Shown piece after piece: positions 10,908 to 19,814 of a stretch of 64,000 bases of DNA. The position numbers were made by a program, and so were the translations under genes. Origin of the DNA: Clostridia bacterium (GTDB lineage Bacteria; Bacillota; Clostridia; TANB77; CAG-508). The DNA is taken from NCBI GenBank assembly GCA_045643205.1, contig JAZUKI010000003.1, forward strand, positions 150,516-214,515. The letters run 5' to 3'. Positions within the stretch are counted from its first letter, which is position 1; each line of letters begins with the position of its first letter. The notes beneath the pieces were generated by a model. The model saw only the letters and a list, made by a program, of their open reading frames with translations. It did not search any database and had not been told where the DNA came from.

Positions 10908-12038
10908 ATGAAGGATTTTAAGCAATTTAAGAAAAATTTAATAATTGCCGTAATAATTGTAGTTGTAGCTGTTGTTTCAGGTATATACATTGGAAACCAA
11001 GATTCTAGAAATGCTATAAATAAAGCAATTTTTAGAAATGAAACATCACAAGAAGAATGTCCTGAAATTGTTTTAGAAAATGCTAAAAACTCTGCTATTT
11101 ATGCTTATGGAAACAAAATAGCTATAATAGAAGAAAACAATTTAAACATATACAATCAAGAAGGAAAAAAAGAAAAATCAATTGAAGTAGCATTAAATCA
11201 ACCAAAAGCTTCAACTGCTGGAAACTATCTTCTTCTTGGAGATTCAAACGGATCAAATATTTATTTAATTCAAAATACAGATTTAAAATGGACAAAGACA
11301 ATTGAAGGACATGTTTCTATTGCTTCAGTTAATTCATCTGGAATGGTAGGAATTTCAATGTCAGAGACAACTTACAAATCTGTAATTATAATGTACGACA
11401 ATAATGGAAAAGAATTGTTTAGAAACTTCTTATCTAAAACAACAGTAACAAGTTTAGACATTTCAAACGATGGAAAATATTTAAGTTTCATTGATGTTGA
11501 AACGCCAGGTATGTCTGTTGTTTCAAGAGTAAAAACAATCTCAGTAGATAAAGCAAAAAAAGAACCTGAAAATGCAATAATTCATACTTACGAAACAAAA
11601 GATAATGTTTTAGTTATTGAAATAAAGCATGATGAAGAAAAAGTAATTGTTTTCAAAGACAATGGAATATACATTTGCAAGAATGGTAACGAAGAAAAAT
11701 TAACAGAGTTACCTGAAAATTCAGGATTTGCAGGAATTAATTTGAAAGATCACTGCTACAAGTTAGATGAAAATTCAAATGGAAGAAACAGCATTATAAC
11801 AGTTTTCAATACTGATAATAAATCAGGTAGAACTTATGAAATCGAGGATGCTGTAATCAATATAGCTACTAGCAAAGATATGTTTGCGATAAACGTAGGT
11901 AGTAAAGTTTTATTTATAAACACAAGTACAAGACCAATAAAAAAATATATAACAAACAAAAACATTAGCAAAGTATTGTTAGGTGACAACATTGCAGCGA
12001 TAGTATACAAAGATACTATTTCAATAGTAAAAATATAG
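10908..12038 (+). CDS. Hypothetical membrane-anchored protein (N-terminal TM, repeat-rich extracytoplasmic domain)
   Basis: ORF with an RBS and a single N-terminal TM helix. No recognisable catalytic motif. Confidence 0.4.
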   Translation: MKDFKQFKKNLIIAVIIVVVAVVSGIYIGNQDSRNAINKAIFRNETSQEECPEIVLENAKNSAIYAYGNKIAIIEENNLNIYNQEGKKEKSIEVALNQPKASTAGNYLLLGDSNGSNIYLIQNTDLKWTKTIEGHVSIASVNSSGMVGISMSETTYKSVIIMYDNNGKELFRNFLSKTTVTSLDISNDGKYLSFIDVETPGMSVVSRVKTISVDKAKKEPENAIIHTYETKDNVLVIEIKHDEEKVIVFKDNGIYICKNGNEEKLTELPENSGFAGINLKDHCYKLDENSNGRNSIITVFNTDNKSGRTYEIEDAVINIATSKDMFAINVGSKVLFINTSTRPIKKYITNKNISKVLLGDNIAAIVYKDTISIVKI

Positions 12039-12048
12039 GGGATAAAGA

Positions 12049-12885
12049 ATGATAGTTGATCTTATAATTGGAATAATCGTAATATTATTTTTAATTATCG
12101 GCTACAAAAAAGGTTTGATATATTGCTTGATAAATCTTGCAACATTCATTGTTGCGATTGTTCTAGCATTTGTGCTATGCACACCTACAGCCGAATTAGT
12201 AAAGAACACTACTGACATTGATGAAAATATGAAATCATTTATAGTTTCACATATGCCAGGCGGTGAAGAAATTGATTTAAAAGCTAATGATCAATTACCA
12301 GATCCAATTAAAAATACAATAGATAGTTCAGTTACATCAATTAATGAAGCAAAAGAAAAAGCAATTGATGCAACAGCAACAGAAATTACAAACAATGTTA
12401 TAAAAGCAATATGCTTTGTTATAATATTTATAGTAGTAAAACTTTTAATGTGGATTTTAAAATTAGTATCAAAGATTTTTACAAAGATTCCAGTAATAGG
12501 ACAAATAAACAGCTTAGGTGGAATGATTGTAGGAACTCTAGAAGGTTTAATAATAGTATATGTTATATTTGGAGTTATCTCACTTATTTCACCAATGTTA
12601 ACAAACACAGCTATAGTTGATAATATAAATAGTTCATTTTTTGGAAAAATGATGTATAATAACAATGTTGTTGTAAAATATATATACAATGGAACAAAGT
12701 TAGAAGATTCTTCAGAAGATAAAACTAATGAAAACAAAACTGAAGAAAATAATACTAATGAAAATAATGCGGAACAAAATAACATCGATGAAACTAATAA
12801 AGTTAATGAAACATTAAACAAAACAAACAACGAAGAAAATAAAACAAATGAAAACAACGAAACAGATAACACTACTAAAGAGTAG
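12049..12885 (+). CDS. cvpA: CvpA-family membrane protein with N/E/T-rich low-complexity tail
   Basis: N-terminus MIVDLIIGIIVILFLIIGYKKGLI and a 4-TM layout typical of colicin V production protein. C-terminal 90 aa are low complexity. Confidence 0.6.
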   Translation: MIVDLIIGIIVILFLIIGYKKGLIYCLINLATFIVAIVLAFVLCTPTAELVKNTTDIDENMKSFIVSHMPGGEEIDLKANDQLPDPIKNTIDSSVTSINEAKEKAIDATATEITNNVIKAICFVIIFIVVKLLMWILKLVSKIFTKIPVIGQINSLGGMIVGTLEGLIIVYVIFGVISLISPMLTNTAIVDNINSSFFGKMMYNNNVVVKYIYNGTKLEDSSEDKTNENKTEENNTNENNAEQNNIDETNKVNETLNKTNNEENKTNENNETDNTTKE

Positions 12886-12924
12886 TATTGAATCTGAAAA
12901 AATAAATAATAGTAGGAGAATACT

Positions 12925-14553
12925 TTGGAAAAACAAGATAACGATTATGAAGAACTTCTTCATAAAATGGAAAATAAAATAAATAGAAAATCTAAGGGAG
13001 CAAGAAGATTCAAAGAAGACGAAGCTCTTAGAGATGTGAACACAGAAGTAAGAACAAGCGAAGACTATGAAGAATATTCTACTAATTCAACTACTGAAGA
13101 TGAAAAAGGATATCATAAATCTAGTAAAAAAGAAAAAAAGAGAAAACAAAAAGAAGAGAAAAAACTAGAAAAAGCAGAAAGAAAAGGCAAGAAAAAGAAA
13201 AGACATATAATAAGAAAAATCTTTTTAACACTTTTTATATTATTACTAATAGCAATCATAGTATTTGTAATATTCATAATTAAAAATGGTGGTGGATTAA
13301 AAGGAATTTTAACAACCATAGTTGGAAGTGATGCAGAACAAGTTAAAAATCTTGAAGACTTAACATTTTTGGCAGTAGGAAAAAGCCAAGAAATGACAGA
13401 TACAATTATGATTATGAAATATAGTCCTAAGAAACAAACACTTTCTATGGTATCAGTACAAAGAGATACATATACAGGAAGTAATGATGCAACAGCAACA
13501 CCAAGTGACAAAATTAATGCAAAATATCCAATAGGTGGAATACAAGCATTAATTAGATCAGTTAATAGTTTAACAGGACTAAACTTAAAGAAATATGTAG
13601 TAGTTGATACAAAAGCTTTAAGAGACTTAGTTGATGCAATCGGTGGAGTTGATTTTGATGTACCAATTGATATGGACTATGATGATTGCACACAAAATCT
13701 TGCAATACACGTAAAAGCAGGAATGCAACATTTAAATGGAGAACAAGCTGAAGGTGTAGTTAGATTTAGACATAATAATAACGGAACATCTTATCCAATA
13801 TCATATGGAGACAATGATTTTGGTAGAATGAAAACACAAAGAGCATTCATTATGGCAACAATTAAACAAACAGCAAATCTTAAAAATGCATTTAAAATTG
13901 GTGACATTATGAAGATAATAGAAGAACAAGTTGAAACAAACATGGAATGGGATGAAATTAAAAATTATTTAGTTGCAGCTTTAGACTTTAATACAGAAAA
14001 TATTAGATCAACAACATTACCTGGTTCAACAGGTTCAAGAAATGGTTATTCATTCTTCTTTGCATACAAAAGTGAAGCAAAGAAAGTTATCCAAGAATAT
14101 TTCTTAGAAAGCGTTGTAGTAAATGAAAAAACAGAAAACACTGATGGAAATAACGTAGATGAAAATACAATCAATGAAACTAATACAACTAATGTAACAA
14201 ACACAACTAGTAAAACAGGCAAAAATAACATAGTAGATGTTGAAAAAAATCAAACAGCAGTATCTACAATAGAAACATCAAAACCAAATTCTCAAGTTAA
14301 AATTAACTTAGTAAATGGAACAGGGGAAACAACAAGATTTAATGCTGCAGTTAATCAATTAGTTAATGCAGGATACAAAGTTACTAGAGGTGGAAAAACA
14401 AACTTCACAGAGAAGACAATAATAATAGATAGAAACAATAATGCAGATGACGTAGATAATCATTTAAGTTCAACTCTATGTACAGGAATAATTCAAAATT
14501 CACCAAAAGATAACGGATATGATTATACAATAATAATAGGAAATGATTATTAA
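12925..14553 (+). CDS. LytR-CpsA-Psr (LCP) family cell-wall glycopolymer transferase with LytR_C domain
   Basis: TM anchor, LCP core (DTIMIMKYSPK..., GGVDFDVPIDMDYDD, FRHNNNGTSYP..DFGRMKTQRAF) and a C-terminal LytR_C-like domain. TTG start after an AGGAGAA RBS. Confidence 0.8.
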   Translation: MEKQDNDYEELLHKMENKINRKSKGARRFKEDEALRDVNTEVRTSEDYEEYSTNSTTEDEKGYHKSSKKEKKRKQKEEKKLEKAERKGKKKKRHIIRKIFLTLFILLLIAIIVFVIFIIKNGGGLKGILTTIVGSDAEQVKNLEDLTFLAVGKSQEMTDTIMIMKYSPKKQTLSMVSVQRDTYTGSNDATATPSDKINAKYPIGGIQALIRSVNSLTGLNLKKYVVVDTKALRDLVDAIGGVDFDVPIDMDYDDCTQNLAIHVKAGMQHLNGEQAEGVVRFRHNNNGTSYPISYGDNDFGRMKTQRAFIMATIKQTANLKNAFKIGDIMKIIEEQVETNMEWDEIKNYLVAALDFNTENIRSTTLPGSTGSRNGYSFFFAYKSEAKKVIQEYFLESVVVNEKTENTDGNNVDENTINETNTTNVTNTTSKTGKNNIVDVEKNQTAVSTIETSKPNSQVKINLVNGTGETTRFNAAVNQLVNAGYKVTRGGKTNFTEKTIIIDRNNNADDVDNHLSSTLCTGIIQNSPKDNGYDYTIIIGNDY

Positions 14554-14556
14554 TAT

Positions 14557-14585
14557 AAAAAAGTGGGGAACAATCCCCACTTTTG
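14557..14585. terminator. Bidirectional intrinsic terminator between the convergent LCP and dac genes
   Basis: AAGTGGGGA-ACAA-TCCCCACTT hairpin flanked by an A-run and a T-run. Confidence 0.7.
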
Positions 14586-14598
14586 TTTTTATATAAAT

Positions 14599-16002
14599 TT
14601 ATTCTTTTTTAAACTTCTTTTTCTCATGATGCGTAAATAATGAAATCAATCCAATTAGCAAAACACCAAAAACAACTGCAATTAAAACTAAATTAGAATT
14701 ATCAACTTCAGTCACATCTTGATCAGCAATTAAATCAACTTTATAGCTTTGCCCATCAATAGTATAAGTAGCGTAACCGCAAACCTCACCTTTTTTTATT
14801 GGAGCAAATGATTTGTTAATAGTAACGTTTGGAGTAACATCTAAAACTTGATTATCTTTTAACAAAACAGAAACAGTATACTTAGCAATTAAGTTTAATG
14901 AGTTTTTACCAGTAGGCGCATTCATGACAAACAAGTTTCTAACAAATCCACCTTCTTTTACAAGAGGCATTGAATTAAAATGAGAAAAGCCATATTCAAA
15001 CAATTTTTTGCAATCAGCTTCTCTACAAATATCAGCATCTTTCTTACTATATTTTATTCCGTGTAAAATAACACAAATTAAATTTCTATCATCTTTTTGA
15101 GCAGTAGCAACAATACAATTTCCAGCTGCGTTTGTAAATCCTGTTTTCAAACCATTAGCATATTCATAATATGTAGGAAGATCAGGCATCATCAAAAGAT
15201 TTGTTCTTTCCATGACTCTTTTACTTCCTTTATATAATGAAGAATTTTCAAGAGTATAAGACTCTTTTGCAGCAAGAGATCTAATATAACTATCTCTATA
15301 AGCTACTTGTCCGATTATAGCAAGGTCTAAAGCAGTAGAATAATGATTTTCATCGTGAATACCATTTGGATTTATAAAATGAGTTCCAGTACAACCTAAT
15401 GACTTAGCACGTTCATTCATCAATTCTGAAAACTTAGCTATATTTAATTTAAATTCTATTTCTGCCTCAGAAGAACTATCTGTTTTAAAATCATTACCAC
15501 CAGCACCAACATATTGCGCCAAAACAAAAGCAGCATCATTAGCTGAAGCGACCAACAACATATTCATAAGTTGTTCAACAGTAAAAACTTCACCGGGAAC
15601 AATTTTAGCTACTTGATATGAATATGGAACTGATTTTACAGCAAAATGACTTACTGTAACTTCAGCAGACAAATCTTTGCAAGTTTCTAATACAACAATT
15701 GCTGTTAACAATTTAGTTGTACTTGCAGGAAACATTTTTTGTGTTGAATTCTTTTCATACAAAATCTTTGAAGCATCAGCATCAATTAAAATTGCAGCAT
15801 CAGAATTAATTTTCGGAACATCAACATTTTGCGTTACTTGCGCAACTGAAAAAGGATTAGAACTTTGCTCTAGTTTCGAATAACTAGAAACATCAACAAC
15901 ATTTGCTGTTTCTTCTGCATAAGAATTTATTGGAACTGCTAGGGAATAAATATTAAAAACAAAAACAAAAGACAGTAATAATGTAAATATTTTATTTTTC
16001 AA
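14599..16002 (-). CDS. D-alanyl-D-alanine carboxypeptidase (PBP5-type, S11 peptidase)
   Basis: Signal peptide, SxxK motif ASTTK, SGN and KTG motifs. C-terminal TM anchor. Confidence 0.85.
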   Translation of the reverse strand: MKNKIFTLLLSFVFVFNIYSLAVPINSYAEETANVVDVSSYSKLEQSSNPFSVAQVTQNVDVPKINSDAAILIDADASKILYEKNSTQKMFPASTTKLLTAIVVLETCKDLSAEVTVSHFAVKSVPYSYQVAKIVPGEVFTVEQLMNMLLVASANDAAFVLAQYVGAGGNDFKTDSSSEAEIEFKLNIAKFSELMNERAKSLGCTGTHFINPNGIHDENHYSTALDLAIIGQVAYRDSYIRSLAAKESYTLENSSLYKGSKRVMERTNLLMMPDLPTYYEYANGLKTGFTNAAGNCIVATAQKDDRNLICVILHGIKYSKKDADICREADCKKLFEYGFSHFNSMPLVKEGGFVRNLFVMNAPTGKNSLNLIAKYTVSVLLKDNQVLDVTPNVTINKSFAPIKKGEVCGYATYTIDGQSYKVDLIADQDVTEVDNSNLVLIAVVFGVLLIGLISLFTHHEKKKFKKE

Positions 16003-16080
16003 ATTTATCTCCTAAAATAGTCTGTTAACACAAACAATATTTTAACAAGGATGCATAAATAAATCAAGAAAGGACTTTAT

Positions 16081-16917
16081 ATGATACAAAAAATCAACTC
16101 ATTTATAAAAAAACTAAATAAAACACAAAAGATAATTTTAATTATTATTGCAATAATAATTATTGGAGCGGCATTATTTTTATTTTACCAATATTTAAGC
16201 AACGAAGAAATAGAAAGTTCAAACCAAATTCAACAAAACAACAATTCAATTTCTAATAAGGAAAACAAACAAAACGATAAAGAAAATTCAGAAATGACAG
16301 AAAGTTCAAACAATAAACAAAACTCAAATACAATAGAAAACAAAGAGACAAAAAATAAAGAAGCAGAAAATGAAATTGAAGACTACAATACACAAGATGA
16401 TTTTATAGATGAAAATTCGTCATCATTGTTTGGAACAAAACAATTAAGTAATATTGTTGTGCATGTAATAGGCGAAGTAAAGAAACCTGGAGTTATTAAA
16501 TTGAAAGAAGGATCAAGAATAATAGATGCAATTAATAAATGCGGAGGACAAACTGAAGATGCAGATTTATCAAAAATAAATTTAGCATATGTATTAGATG
16601 ATGGTTCACAAATTTATATTCCATGCGTTAAAGATGATGTACAAAACACAACTATAATGAAAACAGAAGCAGGAAATAATATTGTGGTAAATAATGTAAT
16701 ACAAAGTGACGATGAAAAAAGTATTAAAGTAAATTTAAATACTGCAACATTAGAGAAACTTATAACACTTCCAGGAGTAGGAGAATCAACAGCACAAAAA
16801 ATAATTGAATATAGAAATAAAAATAAAAAATTTAAAACGATTGATGAATTAAAAAATATATCAGGCATAGGTGAAGAAAAATTTAATTCATTGAAAGAGT
16901 ATGTGTATATAAAATAA
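16081..16917 (+). CDS. comEA: Competence protein ComEA (SLBB domain plus tandem helix-hairpin-helix DNA-binding domain)
   Basis: N-terminal TM helix, low-complexity linker, SLBB segment VVHVIGEVKKPGVIKL, and HhH motifs LPGVGESTAQKII...ISGIGEEKF. Confidence 0.8.
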   Translation: MIQKINSFIKKLNKTQKIILIIIAIIIIGAALFLFYQYLSNEEIESSNQIQQNNNSISNKENKQNDKENSEMTESSNNKQNSNTIENKETKNKEAENEIEDYNTQDDFIDENSSSLFGTKQLSNIVVHVIGEVKKPGVIKLKEGSRIIDAINKCGGQTEDADLSKINLAYVLDDGSQIYIPCVKDDVQNTTIMKTEAGNNIVVNNVIQSDDEKSIKVNLNTATLEKLITLPGVGESTAQKIIEYRNKNKKFKTIDELKNISGIGEEKFNSLKEYVYIK

Positions 16918-17200
16918 AAAAGTATTGAAAAAATAATTTAATTAGATTATAATTTTATTATAGTTGAAAAGAACAAAAGAAAAATTAAAAACACAAAAGA
17001 AGTCAAAAAATGAGAAATACTCGAAACGGCTGAAAATAGTACGTTAGAAGAAATCATATTTGATTAGTTAGTGGGCTAACTATTTTGTAAAAACTATTTT
17101 GTTCTTTACAAGATTTTAAATTTCAAATATGAATTTAAAAGCAAAAGATACAGCAGAGACTTACACCATGAAAAACTGTTCGGGAAAGGAGGATCTGAAA

Positions 17201-17491
17201 ATGGCAATCAAGAAAACTGTAAAGAAAGTAGCAGCTAAGAAACCAGCTGCAAAGAAAGTAGCAGCTAAGAAACCAGTTGCAAAGAAAGCAGTAGCTAAGA
17301 AACCAGCAGCTAAGAAAGTTGTTAAGAAAGCAGTAGCTAAGAAACCAGCTGCAAAGAAACCAGCAGCTAAGAAAGTTGTTAAAAAAGTAGCAGCTAAGAA
17401 ACCAGTTGCAAAGAAAGTAGCAGCTAAGAAACCTGTTAAAAAGGTAGCAGCTAAGAAACCAGCAGCTAAAAAAGTAGCTAAAAAGAAATAA
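17201..17491 (+). CDS. Histone H1-like lysine/alanine-rich nucleoid-associated protein built of AKKPAAKKV repeats
   Basis: GGAGG RBS, then ATG at 17201 (the track's 17129 start has no RBS). The protein is almost entirely KKPAAKKVAAKKP repeats, encoded by tandem DNA repeats of about 30 bp. Confidence 0.6.
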   Translation: MAIKKTVKKVAAKKPAAKKVAAKKPVAKKAVAKKPAAKKVVKKAVAKKPAAKKPAAKKVVKKVAAKKPVAKKVAAKKPVKKVAAKKPAAKKVAKKK

Positions 17492-17520
17492 TTAATTTAA
17501 TAAGTAAATTATTAATTAGA

Positions 17521-17556
17521 ATATAGTTAGTCGCTTGACTAACTATATTTTTTTGC
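17521..17556 (+). terminator. Intrinsic terminator of the H1-like gene; its right arm supplies the -35 of the marR promoter
   Basis: ATATAGTTAGTC-GCTT-GACTAACTATAT, a perfect 12-bp stem, followed by TTTTTTT. Confidence 0.7.
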
Positions 17557-17580
17557 GTATAATAGTTAGCATGCTAACAA
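17535..17580 (+). promoter_or_regulatory. marR promoter (TTGACT-17-TATAAT) with near-palindromic operator TAGTTAGCATGCTAACAA at +1
   Basis: -35 at 17535-17540, -10 at 17558-17563, palindrome at 17563-17580. The same TAGTTAG/CTAACTA half-sites recur at 17065-17082 and 17524-17545. Confidence 0.55.
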
Positions 17581-17604
17581 TACGGAAAGAGAGGAAAATA
17601 ACAG

Positions 17605-18069
17605 ATGAAGAACAGTGAAAAATCTATATCAGTCGAAATTAAGAAATTTGATGTAGAAATAGGAAGATACCTATTTGAATTAAACAAAGACAGTAAACAA
17701 CCAAGTCCACTTCAAGGAAGAATAATTCAATATCTAAGCAAACATGATGGTGAAGATGTTTATCAAAAAGACTTGGAAGAACATTGTGAAGTAAGTAAAG
17801 CTACAATGTCACAAACTTTAGATGCTCTAGAGTATGAAAAAATGATTATTAGAAAAGCTGACAAGAATGACGCAAGAAGAAAAAGAATTGTTTTAACAAA
17901 GAAGAGCAAAGATAAAGTTAAAGAGATTAGCAAAGTATTTGCTTCATTAGATAAAAAAATCACAGAAGGAATTAGTGAAAAAGAAGCAACAGCATTTTTA
18001 AATACAATTGAAAAAATGAAAGCTAATCTTTCAAAAATTCCTAATAAAAAGAAAAACGGAGGTAAATAA
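17605..18069 (+). CDS. MarR-family transcriptional regulator
   Basis: Winged-helix MarR core (ATMSQTLDALEYEKMIIRKADKNDARRKRIVLT). Immediately upstream of an ABC exporter pair. Confidence 0.8.
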   Translation: MKNSEKSISVEIKKFDVEIGRYLFELNKDSKQPSPLQGRIIQYLSKHDGEDVYQKDLEEHCEVSKATMSQTLDALEYEKMIIRKADKNDARRKRIVLTKKSKDKVKEISKVFASLDKKITEGISEKEATAFLNTIEKMKANLSKIPNKKKNGGK

Positions 18070-19814
18070 TGGGCTTAATTAGAAAGCTAGCAAAGTCAGT
18101 TAGAGAGTTCAAAAAATATGCTATTCTTTCGCCTATAGCAATTGCAGGAGAGTCTTTATTAGAAACAGCAATACCATACATAATAGCTATATTACTTAAA
18201 GGTGTCGAAGGCGGCAACATGGAAACAGTATGGAAAATTGCTTTAGTATTATTAGGACTTGCATTCCTATCATTAGCGTGTGCATCTGTAGCAAGTATAT
18301 CAGCTGCCAAAGCTTCTGCAGGTTTTGCAAAAAACTTAAGAAAAGACTTATATTATAAAATTCAATCATTTTCATTTGCAAACATTGATAAATTTTCAAC
18401 AAGTAGTTTAATAACAAGATTAACTACAGACGTTACATATATTCAATCAGCATTCCAAATGATAATTAGAGGTGCAGTAAGAGCACCATTTATGTTTATA
18501 TCAGCTCTTATATTTGCATTACAAATCAATGCAAAATTAGCATTAATATTTGTAGTAGTATTACCACTATTAGTACTTGCATTACTTATAATGGCTAAAT
18601 TTGCACTTCCAATAATACAAAGAGTATTTAAAAGATATGACAAATTAAACAATGTTGTTGAAGAAAATGTTTCATCAATTAGAGTTGTAAAATCATTTGC
18701 TTCTGAAGATCAAGAAAAAAAGAAATTTGCAGATGCATCTCAAGCCATCTTCAAAGATTTTTCAAAAGTAGAAAAAATCACAGCAGGATTATCACCAATT
18801 ATGCAATCAGCAATTTATATTACTATGATATTAATTTGTTGGTTTGGTGCAAACATAATTGTTCAAACAAATGCAACAGAATTAGATGCAACTCAATTAA
18901 TGACAATGCTTACATACTCAATTCAAATCTTAACAAGTTTAATGATGTTCTCATTAATGTTTGTTATGATTATCATGTCAGAAGCATCAGCAAAGAGAGT
19001 TGTTGAAATTTTAGATGAACAACCAGACATTACAGTTCCAGAAAATCCAGTTAAAGAAGTTTTAGATGGATCAATTGATTTTGAAAACGTTTCATTCAGT
19101 TACGTTAAAGATAAGAACAAAGAATGTTTAAAAGATATCGATTTACACATTAAGTCAGGCGAAACAATTGGTATCATTGGCGGCACAGGTACAGGAAAAT
19201 CAACATTAGTAAACTTAATTTCAAGACTATATGATATTACAGAAGGAAGTTTAAAGGTTGGTGGAGTAGAAGTTAAAAATTACAACATAAAAGCATTAAG
19301 AGATGCTGTTTCAGTTGTTCTTCAAAAGAATGTTTTATTCACAGGAACAATCACTGAAAATATTAAATGGGGAGATAAAGATGCAACTCAAGAAGAAGTT
19401 GAAAGAGTCTGTAAATTAGCTCAGGCTGATAGTTTCATCCAAAAATTCCCTGATCAATACAACACATTAATTGAAGAAGGCGGAAGCAATGTTAGTGGTG
19501 GTCAAAAGCAAAGACTATGTATTGCAAGAGCACTTTTAAAGAAACCTAAGATTCTTATTTTAGATGATTCAACAAGTGCAGTTGATACAAAAACTGATAG
19601 ATTGATTCAAGACGCTTTAAAAAATGAAATACCAGAAACAACAAAAATTATTATCGCTCAAAGAATTTCATCAGTTGAAGATTGCGACAGAATTATCGTA
19701 ATGGATGATGGAAAAATTGACGGAATTGGTACTCACGACGAGCTTGTTAAGAACAACAAGATTTATCGTGAAGTATATGAATCTCAAATGAAGGGAAGTG
19801 ATATCGATGAGTAA
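18069..19814 (+). CDS. ABC exporter, fused permease/ATP-binding subunit (heterodimer half 1)
   Basis: Six TM helices, then an NBD with Walker A GGTGTGKST, signature VSGGQKQRLCIARA and Walker B ILDDSTSAVD. Confidence 0.85.
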   Translation: MGLIRKLAKSVREFKKYAILSPIAIAGESLLETAIPYIIAILLKGVEGGNMETVWKIALVLLGLAFLSLACASVASISAAKASAGFAKNLRKDLYYKIQSFSFANIDKFSTSSLITRLTTDVTYIQSAFQMIIRGAVRAPFMFISALIFALQINAKLALIFVVVLPLLVLALLIMAKFALPIIQRVFKRYDKLNNVVEENVSSIRVVKSFASEDQEKKKFADASQAIFKDFSKVEKITAGLSPIMQSAIYITMILICWFGANIIVQTNATELDATQLMTMLTYSIQILTSLMMFSLMFVMIIMSEASAKRVVEILDEQPDITVPENPVKEVLDGSIDFENVSFSYVKDKNKECLKDIDLHIKSGETIGIIGGTGTGKSTLVNLISRLYDITEGSLKVGGVEVKNYNIKALRDAVSVVLQKNVLFTGTITENIKWGDKDATQEEVERVCKLAQADSFIQKFPDQYNTLIEEGGSNVSGGQKQRLCIARALLKKPKILILDDSTSAVDTKTDRLIQDALKNEIPETTKIIIAQRISSVEDCDRIIVMDDGKIDGIGTHDELVKNNKIYREVYESQMKGSDIDE

